From an uncultured Gemmatimonadota bacterium (GTDB taxonomy: Bacteria > GCA-2686955), in contig CAZBBK010000033.1 of assembly GCA_964490075.1 (NCBI GenBank), forward strand, positions 1 to 62,706: a DNA stretch of 62,706 nucleotides, read 5' to 3'. This document shows, piece after piece, positions 18,380 to 28,589 of the stretch (its first letter is position 1; each line of letters opens with the position of its first letter). Position numbers and translations under genes: made by a program. The notes beneath the pieces are model-generated. The model saw nothing but the letters and a program-made list of their open reading frames with translations, was not told the DNA's origin and made no database searches.

Positions 18380-18943
18380 ATGAGAACGACCGTGCCGGGA
18401 TGGGCCCTCGCCGCCCTGCTGCTCTCCCACGCCCCCGCCGCCGAGCTGTCCGGGGTCACGATGGCCGACGAGGTCATGGTGCCGGCGGGCCCCACCTTGC
18501 TGCTCAACGGGATGGGAGTGCGCAAGAAGCTCTGGATCAAGATCTACATCGGCGGGCTCTACCTGGAGCAGAAGTCGACGAACGCGGAGCAGATCCTGGC
18601 CTCCACCCAGACCAAGCGGGTGGTGATGCATTTCGTGACCGATCGGGCCACCCGGTCGAAGATGGAGTCGGCCTTCGAGGAGGGCTACGCGAAGAACGCG
18701 CCCGGGCAGGAGGCGCTCCTGCGGAAACGCATGGACCAGCTCAAGAGCTACTTCGGCGACATGAAGAAGGGCGAGGTGGCGGTGATCACCTTCGTGCCGG
18801 GAGAGGGCACACATGTGAGCCTGAACGGCGCGCCCAAGGAGACCATCCCCGGCGACGATTTCGCCCGCGCCACCCTGAGCCTGTGGCTCGGCCCCCATCC
18901 CCCGGGGGAGGACCTGAAGAAGGGGATGCTGGGGCTCGACTAG
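18380..18943 (+). CDS. chalcone isomerase-like periplasmic protein
   Basis: Signal peptide; LLLNGMGVRKKLWIKIYIGGLYL, DFARATLSLWLGPHP, LKKGMLG. Confidence 0.9.
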   Translation: MRTTVPGWALAALLLSHAPAAELSGVTMADEVMVPAGPTLLLNGMGVRKKLWIKIYIGGLYLEQKSTNAEQILASTQTKRVVMHFVTDRATRSKMESAFEEGYAKNAPGQEALLRKRMDQLKSYFGDMKKGEVAVITFVPGEGTHVSLNGAPKETIPGDDFARATLSLWLGPHPPGEDLKKGMLGLD

Positions 18944-19039
18944 GGCTGTTGTGTTCGGGCGCATGATTGTCCGGCAAATAGCACGAGAGCGCGAAATATG
19001 TGACGCCTGGTCCGGGTCGCCTGTTAGGCTCTTCCTGAG

Positions 19040-22000
19040 GTGTTTCTGGGATCGGTCCACCTCCCCAATCGATCTCAGGGATGTGATCCCCGAGTCTTCT
19101 CATGGAGGTGTTCCGTCACGGAGCGGATCGTCGGCGCGCTTGCACTCACCATCGTTTCTTCCGCGGCCGCCCTCGCCGTACCCCTCGCCTTCACCTCGGT
19201 CGCGGACGGCGACTGGGCGTCATCGGGCACCTGGAGTGGCGGAGTGCTCGGCCACGAGTATCCGATCGCCGGCGACCAAGCGACCGTCAGCCACACTGTG
19301 TTTCCGGGGCTGCTCGACCAGGTCGATCGTCTTCTCCTCGTCTCCTCCGGCTACGTGGACGTGGAGGGGGGCGCCCGGCTGGAGCTCCTGGGGCCGAGTT
19401 GGTGGACCGGCGGCAAGATCGTCGGAACGGGTGTCGTCGCCAATCTCGACTCGCTGACGATCGACTCGGCCGGGCCGAAGTACTTCTGGTCCTCGGCGAC
19501 CCTCGAAAACCAGGGAGTCGTGCGCTTGATCGCCCCGGCGACCCTGTCGAACCACGCCACGGTGCGCTTCGAAAACGGTCCCGGCGCGATCTTCGAGCTG
19601 CAGGGTGCGGTGCAGATCCCCGGGGCGGCGGCATTCGTGACCGAGGGCACCCTGCGGAAATCTACCGGTGTCGATACCGCGAGGGTTGCGGTCACGGCGT
19701 TCGAGATCAGCGGAGACGTGGAGGTGCGCGGCGGTGCCCTGAGGATCCAGTCGGCCACCTTTGACGCCATCGATGCGGGATTCGACGTGGAGACGGGCGC
19801 CGCGCTGCTGCTGGATTCATCGACCTACACCGGCACCTTTGCCGGGAGCGGGGCCGGGCATGTCGAGCTCGGCGCCGGGCATGTCTACACCTTGGGACCG
19901 GGCGGCGTGGTGTTCGACTTCCCTGGAGAACAGCTCCAGTGGAGCGGCGGCATCATTCAATCCGACACCCTGACCAACTCGGGCACCATCAACCTGAGCT
20001 CGAGCGCGCAGAAGTCGTTGCGCTACGGTGCGGTCCTGGACAATTCCGACACTGTGTTGGTGTCCGGCGGCGGCGGACTCTCCAACCACGCCGACGTCGC
20101 GATCGTGAACGGATCGCCGGCGCTCTTCGAGATCCGAGATGGCGGTGTCATCACCGGTGGGAGTTTCGCCAACGACGGGATCTTGCGCAAATCCACCTCC
20201 CTCGACACCGCGACGGTCACCATGACGACCTTCGACCACACGGGACGGATCGAAGTGGCCAGCGGGGGATTGGAGCTCAACGCGACCGCCTTCAACTCCA
20301 TCGACGGCGATCTCGACGTCGCGGCCGACGCGGTGTTGCGCCTGGGTGCGACGACTCTGACCGGGGTCTTCGACGGGGAGGGCGCGGGAACCATCGAGCT
20401 CTTCGCCGGGAATACCTACGCGTTGGGCGCCGGCGGTGTGGTGTTCGATTTCCCGGGCCAGCAGCTTCAGTGGAGCGGCGGCATCATTCAGCTCGACACA
20501 CTGACCAATCTCGGAACCATCAACCTGGTCTCCAGCGATTGGAAGTCCCTGCGCTTCGGCCTGGTCCTCGACAACCGGGACACGGTCCTGGTGTCGGGCG
20601 GCGGCGTCTTGTCCAACCACGCCAATGTTCGGATCGAGAACGCCCCGGGGGCTCTCTTCGAGATCCAGGACGGCGGCAGCATCGCCAACGGCTCGTTGAC
20701 GAACGAGGGAATCGTGCGCAAGTCCACCAGCGCCGATACCGCGACGATTTCGATGACGAGCGTCGAGAGCTCGGGACTCTTCGAGGTGAGCTCGGGCGGC
20801 TTGCAGCTCGACACCAGCTTCTTCGAGTCGATCGGGGGCAGCTTCTATGTCGCCGCCGGATCGGTCGTCCGGCTCGGTGCCACGACCCTGGGCGGGACCT
20901 TCGCCGGGGGCGGCGAGGGGATCATCGAGCTCTATGCGAACCAGACCTACTCGATCGCCGACAGCGGGGTGGTGCTCGACTTCCCCCCCGATCAGCTTCA
21001 CTGGAGCGGCGGCTTCATCCAGCTCGACACCTTGACCAATCTCGGAGCTCTGGTCATCGACTCCAGCGAGACCAGGCGCTTGTACTACGGCGTGGTGCTG
21101 GACAATCAGGGCAGCGTGCAGGTCCGTGACGAGGGCGACCTGGTGAACCACAGCAACGTCAGCATCGACAACAGACTCGGAGCGGTCTTCGATTTTCAGG
21201 GGACGGCGACGGTTTCCAATGGCGTATTCACCAATCACGGCCTGCTGAGCAAGACCGCCGGCGCCGGCACGGCGACACTCGCGATGCCGACCACCAACTT
21301 CGGAACCGTGGAAGCGGCGAGCGGCACTCTGACCATCGCCAGCACGCTGACCAACTCCGGTGGCGAGATTCTGCTGCGCGACGCAGCTTTCGATTACAGC
21401 GTGGGGACTCTCGACCTGGCCGACGGCAGTCTGCGCGGCACCGGAACCATCGTGGGAGACGCCCGGAGCTCCGCGGGTCAAGTGCGCCCGGGGTTGTCGG
21501 CGGGCCGGCTCGTGGTGGCCGGCGACTTCCAGCAAGACACCACCGCCACCCTCGCGATCGAGATCGGAGACCTGGGACCGGGCGGCGGGCACGACGTCTT
21601 CGAGATCAGTGGAAGCTTGACCCTCGCCGGTGCCCTCGAAGTGTCGCTCATCGACCAGTTCGAGCCGCGCCCCGGGGACTCGTTTCCGATACTCGAGTAT
21701 GGCTTTCGCTGGGGCGGCTTCACGGCGCAGTTCCTCCCGGACCTGCGCAACGACTGGTACTGGACATCGAACTACGACGCCACCACCTTGACCTTGGGCG
21801 TGGAAGGGACCGGCCCGGTGCTCGGCGACATCGTCCCCGGCCTGGCGGATCAGCTCAACTCGCTCACCCTCAGCGGAGCCGAGCCCGGCGCGGCCGTCGG
21901 CTTCGCCTGGGGAGTCATCGACGGCAGCGCGCCGATCGCTCCCTGCCCCGGCGCAGACACCGACATCGCCGATCCACACCTGATCGCGGTGACCACCGCC

Positions 22001-22129
22001 GACGCGAGCGGGGAAGCGACGGTGGCCTCCTTCGTGCCCGCGTCGGCCGCGGGTCTGCGGGTGTTCGTGCAGGCGGTCGACCTGTCGACCTGCCTGGTGA
22101 CCAATCGCGTTCGCTACGATTTCCCATGA
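19040..22129 (+). CDS. large secreted beta-helical repeat protein (autotransporter-passenger-like, no beta-barrel)
   Basis: Signal-like segment at ~19115-19177; 177-aa repeats; GSLRGTGTIVG...VRPGLSAGRL passenger-type motif; Cys-containing C-terminal domain; true start uncertain. Confidence 0.8.
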   Translation: MFLGSVHLPNRSQGCDPRVFSWRCSVTERIVGALALTIVSSAAALAVPLAFTSVADGDWASSGTWSGGVLGHEYPIAGDQATVSHTVFPGLLDQVDRLLLVSSGYVDVEGGARLELLGPSWWTGGKIVGTGVVANLDSLTIDSAGPKYFWSSATLENQGVVRLIAPATLSNHATVRFENGPGAIFELQGAVQIPGAAAFVTEGTLRKSTGVDTARVAVTAFEISGDVEVRGGALRIQSATFDAIDAGFDVETGAALLLDSSTYTGTFAGSGAGHVELGAGHVYTLGPGGVVFDFPGEQLQWSGGIIQSDTLTNSGTINLSSSAQKSLRYGAVLDNSDTVLVSGGGGLSNHADVAIVNGSPALFEIRDGGVITGGSFANDGILRKSTSLDTATVTMTTFDHTGRIEVASGGLELNATAFNSIDGDLDVAADAVLRLGATTLTGVFDGEGAGTIELFAGNTYALGAGGVVFDFPGQQLQWSGGIIQLDTLTNLGTINLVSSDWKSLRFGLVLDNRDTVLVSGGGVLSNHANVRIENAPGALFEIQDGGSIANGSLTNEGIVRKSTSADTATISMTSVESSGLFEVSSGGLQLDTSFFESIGGSFYVAAGSVVRLGATTLGGTFAGGGEGIIELYANQTYSIADSGVVLDFPPDQLHWSGGFIQLDTLTNLGALVIDSSETRRLYYGVVLDNQGSVQVRDEGDLVNHSNVSIDNRLGAVFDFQGTATVSNGVFTNHGLLSKTAGAGTATLAMPTTNFGTVEAASGTLTIASTLTNSGGEILLRDAAFDYSVGTLDLADGSLRGTGTIVGDARSSAGQVRPGLSAGRLVVAGDFQQDTTATLAIEIGDLGPGGGHDVFEISGSLTLAGALEVSLIDQFEPRPGDSFPILEYGFRWGGFTAQFLPDLRNDWYWTSNYDATTLTLGVEGTGPVLGDIVPGLADQLNSLTLSGAEPGAAVGFAWGVIDGSAPIAPCPGADTDIADPHLIAVTTADASGEATVASFVPASAAGLRVFVQAVDLSTCLVTNRVRYDFP

Positions 22130-22166
22130 TCACGAATCCGAACCGAGGCCGAGGTTAGAGTCGAGT

Positions 22167-24158
22167 ATGGAATCTCCCTCAGGCCTCCTCTGGCGGCTCG
22201 GCTTGCCGGCGCTGCTGTCGATCTCCGGTCCCGCGGTTGTCGCGTCGACTCCAACGCCCGCCACGCCGGTGGTCGCGCCGCGCCCGGAGCCCACCAACGT
22301 CCTGGTCTGGGTCATGGACACCACGCGGGCCGACCATTTCGGACTGCTCGGCTATCCCCGCGATACCACACCGACGATGGATCGGCTGGCCGGCGAGGGG
22401 CTCTACTGGAGCCGGGCGACCACCACCGGGTCCTGGACCTGGCCCAGCGTCAGCTCGATCATGACCTCGACCGCTGTCGCCACCCATCGCAACTACGACG
22501 CGATGTTCGCGCTGCGCAACTCGTTCGTCGCCCTGCCAGATGTATTGAACGAGTGCGGCTATCACACGGCGCTCTTCAGCAGCAACTTTCTGATCATGGG
22601 CCGGGGTCGCCAGCTCGAGACACGTTTCGATGAGGCCCACACCACCGGCCGACCCGACGCGATTCTGACCGAGCTGGTGAAGCGCACTTTGCGCGATCCG
22701 GACAAGCGTCCTTTTTTCATCTACGCCCAGCCGGTCGCCTGTCATACGCCCTACTACGCGCCCGCTCCTTTCGACTCCCTGTTCATCGACGATGCCTACT
22801 ACGGTCAGCTGGGAGAGCTGCCGTCCATCAACGAGAACGATGTCTGCGAAGGCGGAATGAAGCGCCGCGACATGATCGATGACATCACCAGCATGGATTG
22901 GTACATGGCGCAGTACGACGGCCTGCTCGCCTACATGGACGCCCAGGTGGAGGAGATCTTCCAGGTTTTGGACGAGCAGGGGCTGCGGGAGAACACCTTG
23001 GTGGTGTTGAGCGCGGACCACGCGGAGAACCTCGCCGGCGACCACGACCTCTATTTCTGCCACGCCGATCACTACCAGACCAACATCCATGTGCCGCTGA
23101 TCGTTCTGCTGCCGGAACGGGTGCGGGCGCGGCAGGGGCTCGGGCGTGGCGTTGAGCACGGAGGCAATCCCAGCCACCTCGATTTGATGCCGACGATTCT
23201 CGATGTGCTCGGTCTGGCGGGACCGGAGCAGATGCAAGGCGTGAGCCTCTTGCGTACACCGGAGCCGCCTTCTCGTATCGGCCACAATTTCTACGGCCGA
23301 TCGCTGACCCAAGAGGACCACAAGATCGTGCAACACGGGCTTCCCTACCAGGCCGATGAGCCGAACCAGCTCTTCGATCTCGCCCTCGACCCGGACGAGG
23401 CGACCGATCTGGCGCCCTCGATGCCGGATCTGGTCACGGAGCTGGAGCAGAGGCTGATCTCGATCAGCACTCGCCTGGAGTCGCTGGGGCCTCTCGACCT
23501 CGGCAGCGGCCTGTTCTACTCCAGCGACTTCGGGGATCCAGGCGAGACCGATGGCTATTTCCACGTCCCGGGGAAGGAGCTCGACACCGGTCTGGTGGAC
23601 TGGAGATTCGAACAGATCGGGGGCGGACGTCGCGCGTTGCACGGCACAGTCGTCGGAGATCGTTCCGACCAGGCGATCTTCACCAACATGTCGCTGATCG
23701 CCGAGGCGCGCGGCAACTACAGCGCGGCGGCGTCGATCTACCTGATCGCCGGCAGCGCCGCGCTCTCGAGCTCGAACGCGGGCACGCTGGTCGTGGACGA
23801 GCAGCAGGTCTACCAGGGCTATCAGCTTCGGGTGTCGGAGGATGCGCTGCGGTTGACCCGCTACACTCTGGCCGGCGATACGCTCTCCACCGGCGCGGTC
23901 CCCTATCCCTTCGGAACGGGTGTCTGGCGCGACCTCCGCCTGACCAACGACGGCGTCGAGATCGAGGTGCTGATCGATGACCAGCCGGTGATCTCGGGCT
24001 TCCCAGCGGACTCCACGCTGTGGGGCGCCACCAAGCTCGGCTTGGCGCAGCAGAGCGAGGCGCTCTTCGGCGGCCTCGTGACCTGGCGCGATCCGGTCCC
24101 GAATCCGGCGCCCGCCCCATGGAACTGCACCTCGCGCGCGCCGATCGACCCAAGGTAG
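22167..24158 (+). CDS. secreted sulfatase-like hydrolase/transferase with C-terminal lectin-like beta-sandwich
   Basis: NVLVWVMDTTRADH, SWTWPS, HTPY, YDGLLAYMD, SADHAE, LFDLALDPDE. Confidence 0.85.
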   Translation: MESPSGLLWRLGLPALLSISGPAVVASTPTPATPVVAPRPEPTNVLVWVMDTTRADHFGLLGYPRDTTPTMDRLAGEGLYWSRATTTGSWTWPSVSSIMTSTAVATHRNYDAMFALRNSFVALPDVLNECGYHTALFSSNFLIMGRGRQLETRFDEAHTTGRPDAILTELVKRTLRDPDKRPFFIYAQPVACHTPYYAPAPFDSLFIDDAYYGQLGELPSINENDVCEGGMKRRDMIDDITSMDWYMAQYDGLLAYMDAQVEEIFQVLDEQGLRENTLVVLSADHAENLAGDHDLYFCHADHYQTNIHVPLIVLLPERVRARQGLGRGVEHGGNPSHLDLMPTILDVLGLAGPEQMQGVSLLRTPEPPSRIGHNFYGRSLTQEDHKIVQHGLPYQADEPNQLFDLALDPDEATDLAPSMPDLVTELEQRLISISTRLESLGPLDLGSGLFYSSDFGDPGETDGYFHVPGKELDTGLVDWRFEQIGGGRRALHGTVVGDRSDQAIFTNMSLIAEARGNYSAAASIYLIAGSAALSSSNAGTLVVDEQQVYQGYQLRVSEDALRLTRYTLAGDTLSTGAVPYPFGTGVWRDLRLTNDGVEIEVLIDDQPVISGFPADSTLWGATKLGLAQQSEALFGGLVTWRDPVPNPAPAPWNCTSRAPIDPR

Positions 24159-24191
24159 GGAGCGCGCGCAGGCGCCCCTCGCTCTCCCTGC

Positions 24192-25260
24192 CTACTCCGC
24201 CCGGGCCCCGGTCTGCACGGCCGCCTGCGGCGCCTCGCTCTTCACCGACTCCTCGCCCCCCGCGCCCCGCCGAACCACCACCTGGAGACCCAAGGTGTCC
24301 GAGATCCACCCCGGAACGACGCTTTGCAGGACGGCCCGCCCATCGGGCCCCGCGAACGACGATCCCACGATCCTCGCCGGGTCGGGCGGATCGAGACAGA
24401 GGCCTCCCAGCTCGGGCGGGCACTCGCCGCAGCCGACTCCCGCGAGGCCGGCGAGGAAGAAGACCCTCTCGCCGGGACGAGCCCCCGTCGCTGGATCTCG
24501 TGCGGATGGGGATCGGTCTGGGGTGCCCAGCGGGTGATCCAGTGCGTCTCGGGGGCGCCGTCGAGGACCTGCGTCGCCGGATACCCCTCCTGCTCGCTGT
24601 CGTCATCGCGGATGGCGTAGGTGAAGGTATCGGCGCCTAGCTCCGAGGGCGCGTCGTAGTGGAGCACCCCGCCTCGAGCCGAACGCGCGCCCCGAGCTCC
24701 GTCACCCGGTCCCATTCCGCGATCTCGGGCACCTGGCAGTTGGCGTCCTCGTCGTTGGCGAGAACGTCGAGAGGCCGCGTCGTACAGCGCGCCGCAAGCT
24801 CGTCGTCGAAGTGCGCATAGGGCGAGATCGGCGTGGGATAGGGCCCCAGCGTTACGAGACAGTCCCGCGAGTCGCGGTGCGGCATCATTTTCTCTTTCTC
24901 GGGTCCCGAGAAGCGCGGGATCGAGTTGCCGGACATGATCGTCGGTCCCTCGGGGGAGCCCCCCTCGCAGTGCCCGCTGCCCCAGTTGTGGCCCAACTCG
25001 TGACGCATCACGACCACGGGCAACCTCCCCGTGAAGCCGTTGATGGAGTAGCGCAGGCTGGTGCAGACGGTCGCTACCCAGGCGAGGCCGCTTCCGTCGC
25101 CGTCTCCGTCCACCAACGCGGCCTGGTCGTGCTCGGTCCCCCAGGCGCCGCTGTTCCATTCGTCGTGGACCGCGTCGAGCTTGTCGAAGAAGGCGAGCCC
25201 GTAGTAGGGATCCTCCTCCGGTGTGGTCCGGACCACCGTGCGACCGAGCAGGTACTCCAC
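24192..25260 (-). pseudogene. fragmented M12/reprolysin-like metallopeptidase (peptidase + Ig-like + F5/8C + C-terminal domain)
   Basis: HELGHNWGSGH..IM zinc motif; frame changes near 24670 and 24490 join VLANDED/DTFTYAI, DSEQEGYPATQVLDG..HW.TRW..PHEIQ and GARPGERVFF..CPPELGGLCLD pieces; N-terminus missing. Confidence 0.8.
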
Positions 25261-25326
25261 GCGGAGAGGGTCGGGCGGCGGAGAGGCGGAAGGGCGGGAA
25301 AGACGGGACTCATGGGCGGCTCCTCC

Positions 25327-27096
25327 TCAACCATCCGCCGCGAGCTCGAGAGAAAACCCCGCGACCTCTTCGAGCAGGCGCGCCTCGAAGGCCGCCGGCG
25401 AAATCACCGACTGCTTCTTGGTGTCACGGTTGCGCACGGTGATCGTGCCCTCCTGCTCCTCGCGTGCGCCGATCGACACCAGGTAGGGAATGCGTTGCAG
25501 GCGCCCGTCGCGCTTCTTCTTGCCGATGGTGTCGCCGCGGCCGTCGAGCTCGCAGCGGATTCCCGCGCGCAGCATCTGCTCTTCGACCCGCTTTGCGTAG
25601 TCGAGGGAGGCGTCGGTGATGGTCATGAGCCGTGCCTGGACCGGCGCCAACCAGGTAGGAAAAGCGCCCGCGTAGTGCTCGATCAAGAAGGCGATGGTGC
25701 GCTCCAGGCAGCCGATCGACGAACGGTGGATGACCACCGGTCGCGCCGTTCGGCCGCCGGCGTCGATATAGCCGAGGTCGAAGCGCTCCGGCAAGGCGAA
25801 GTCGATCTGCAAGGTGAAGATCGTGTCTTCCTTGCCGAGCACGTTGCGGATCTGCACGTCGATCTTTGGGCCGTAGAAGGCCGCCTCTCCCGGGGCGATG
25901 GTGCAGTCCAGCTCGGCCTCCTCGGCGATCTCGAGCAACAGTTTCTCCGCCGACTCCCAGAGCACCGGATTGTCGACGTACTTGTCGCGCTGATGGTCAT
26001 GGAGCGAGGCCCGGTAGCTGATCACATCTTGCAGACCGAGACAGCGCATCACGTACTTGACCAGATCGACGACCCGCAGAAACTCCTCCCGCACCTGATC
26101 CTCGCGACAGAAGATATGGGCGTCGGCCAGGTGGAAACACATCAGGCGGATCAGTCCGGAGAGCTCCCCGGATTGCTCGCGCCGGTACTGCTTGACGATC
26201 TCCGCGTAGCGCAGCGGCAGATCGCGGTAGGAATGAGGCTCGGAGCGGTAGAGCATGAAGTGGTGCGGACAGGCCATCGGGCGCAGGCAGAGCTCTACGC
26301 CCCCGAGATCGAGGGTGGGGTACATGCTCTCCTGGTAGAGCTGCCAATGCCCGGAGATCTCGTAGAGCAGCTTGCGCCCGAGGTCGGGGGTATGGACGTG
26401 GAGGTATCCGCGCCTTAACTCCTCGTCGACCACGAAGCGCTCGAGCACGCGGCGCAGGGTCGCGCCCCGGGGGGTCAGGAGCGGCAGCCCCTTGCCGACC
26501 TCGGCCGAGGTGACGTAGAGCCCGAGCTCCTTGCCGAGTTTGCGGTGATCGCGCTTGGCGGCCTCTTCGCGCGCGTTGAGATAGGCCTTGAGCTCCTTCT
26601 TGCTCGAATGGGCCAGACCGTAGACGCGCTGCAGCATCGGGCGTCGTTCGTCGCCGCGCCAGTAGGCGCCCGAGACGCGATCGAGTCGGAAGGCGACGCC
26701 CAGCAGGTGGCGAGTCGAGGGCACGTGCGGCCCGCGGCAGAGATCGACGAAATCACCCGATCGATACAGCGAGACCCGCGTCTCGCCCGCGCGCTCGAGA
26801 TCGTCGAGCAGCTCGACCTTGAGCCCTTCGCCGGCTTCGAGCAGCCGCTTCCGGGCCTCGGCCAGCGGCAGCTCGACGCGCTCGAAAGGCAGATCTTGCT
26901 TCAGGAAGGCCTGCATCTGGAGCCCGATCTCCTCGAGCGTTTCGGCCGTGATCGTCGCTCCCTCCGGCAGCAGGAAATCGTAGTAGAAGCCGTGCTCGAT
27001 CGCCGGTCCGATGCCGAGCTGGACATCCGGCATCAGCTTGCGCACCGCCATCGCCAGCACATGTGCCAGGGAGTGCCTGGCGATCTCCATTTCCAT
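25327..27096 (-). CDS. thrS: threonine--tRNA ligase, short form lacking the TGS domain
   Basis: RHSLAHVL, GFYYDF, DLCRGPH, RDHRKLG, RPMACPHH, AAFYGPKID, VIHRS, AFPTWLAPVQ. Confidence 0.97.
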   Translation of the reverse strand: MEMEIARHSLAHVLAMAVRKLMPDVQLGIGPAIEHGFYYDFLLPEGATITAETLEEIGLQMQAFLKQDLPFERVELPLAEARKRLLEAGEGLKVELLDDLERAGETRVSLYRSGDFVDLCRGPHVPSTRHLLGVAFRLDRVSGAYWRGDERRPMLQRVYGLAHSSKKELKAYLNAREEAAKRDHRKLGKELGLYVTSAEVGKGLPLLTPRGATLRRVLERFVVDEELRRGYLHVHTPDLGRKLLYEISGHWQLYQESMYPTLDLGGVELCLRPMACPHHFMLYRSEPHSYRDLPLRYAEIVKQYRREQSGELSGLIRLMCFHLADAHIFCREDQVREEFLRVVDLVKYVMRCLGLQDVISYRASLHDHQRDKYVDNPVLWESAEKLLLEIAEEAELDCTIAPGEAAFYGPKIDVQIRNVLGKEDTIFTLQIDFALPERFDLGYIDAGGRTARPVVIHRSSIGCLERTIAFLIEHYAGAFPTWLAPVQARLMTITDASLDYAKRVEEQMLRAGIRCELDGRGDTIGKKKRDGRLQRIPYLVSIGAREEQEGTITVRNRDTKKQSVISPAAFEARLLEEVAGFSLELAADG

Positions 27097-27183
27097 CTCG
27101 GTCGGTCCTTGGTTGGTAAACGCCCCCGCGATCCGCCTCCCGATTGCACACCGACTGCCGGATTTTCGCAAGGTCCAAGTCGT

Positions 27184-28589
27184 TCACTCGATCACATCGA
27201 GCTCCACGATCTCGGTTTCGGTGGCCAGGATGGGCACCCGCAGCCGGGCGCCGCAGCGGTGCAGGCCGCCCGGAAGGGCGTCGTACGGAACGCCGAGAGA
27301 GAAGCGCTCGCTGTAGGAACCGGCTTCGAAACCGCGGTCGCGGCGCAGCAGATCGAAGGCCGATCCCGCTTCCTCCAGCTCGAACTCGGCGCCGACGAAG
27401 AGCGTGCCCAGCTCGAGAGGACCGGTGACGAGATAGTTCACCTCCATCACCATTTCGTCCCCGGGCATGAATTCCGTCGTTTCCTCATCGGCGCCGGGAT
27501 CGAGAGGATGGACGCCCAGGAGCTTCGCCGCCGGCACCAGGGCATTGGCGTAACTGCGCACCTCGCGGCCGATGACCGCAGCCTCGTACACAATACCGCC
27601 TTCGATCGCGATCGCGGTGGAGCTCTGGGTGGTGGTCTTGCCGGCGATCACGGGCAGATAGGGATCAGAAACGTCGACGACGTAGCTGCCCTGGTAGCTG
27701 GTGTTGACGAATACGTGATCGCCCTCCACGGCCAGATCGTAAGCGTACACGGTCAGATCGACATGGGAGAGCTCGAAGGGCAGAGCCGGATTCGAGACAT
27801 CCACGAGGGAGAGTCGCGAGGGGGCATCCACGACATAGGCAATGGCGTCGACTACGTCGACCGCCTCGACGTTGCCCCCGCTGATCCAAGCGCCGAGCTC
27901 GGCGGGATTGGTGGGATCTTCGAGACCGTGGGCAGAAGAGGATGGTTCCCATCGATCACCCAGAGTGAATCGGCGCCGGTCGACATCGAGAGGTAGAGGG
28001 TGCCGTCCTTCGTGGCGACGGTATTCGTCTCTCGGCCGGAGGCCACCTGGGCGATCAGCGTGGGATTGGTGGGGTCGCTCATCTCTACGATGTGAAGGCC
28101 ATCTGATCCGGTTGCGATCAACGCATAGCTCTCGTGTCGCGCGATGGCTCTCGGGTCCGACGCCGGGCAATGCTCGAGAATCTCTGGGCGGGAAGGATCG
28201 CTCACGTCGATGAGGTCGACGCCGTGCCATCGATCCGCGGCCATCAATGAGCTCCCTTCGACCGAGAGATCGATCAGGGTGCTGTCGTCCGGGGCGTCTC
28301 GGGCGGCGACGAGCACGGAATCGGAACCGGCCGCGAGTCCGCGGAATCCCCAGGGAATCTCCAGCTCGGCCACGGGCGCGAGCCCCGAGAGCGATGGGTT
28401 GGAGACCAGGAGCCGGGTCCAGGTGCCGGTGAAAAGGTGGTTGTTCCGGTACACCGGCGCGGCGCGCATCGACTCGTATGGGAGGGCGCCGAGGGGGATG
28501 GGATCGCCGGGCTGGAGTGCTTCGGCCGCGATCGGCGCGGCGAAAAGGCTGAGGCCGGTCAGAGTTTGGAGTTTCTTCTCGAAGCTCAT
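27184..28589 (-). pseudogene. frameshifted LVIVD-repeat secreted protein
   Basis: IDVSDP, IVEMSDP, LVDVSNP and VVDVSDP repeats split over two frames with a switch near 27930-27950. Confidence 0.72.

Noticed and set aside
27097-27183. T-box or attenuator upstream of thrS
   Set aside because: Only ~87 bp of intergenic space; no T-box consensus or terminator
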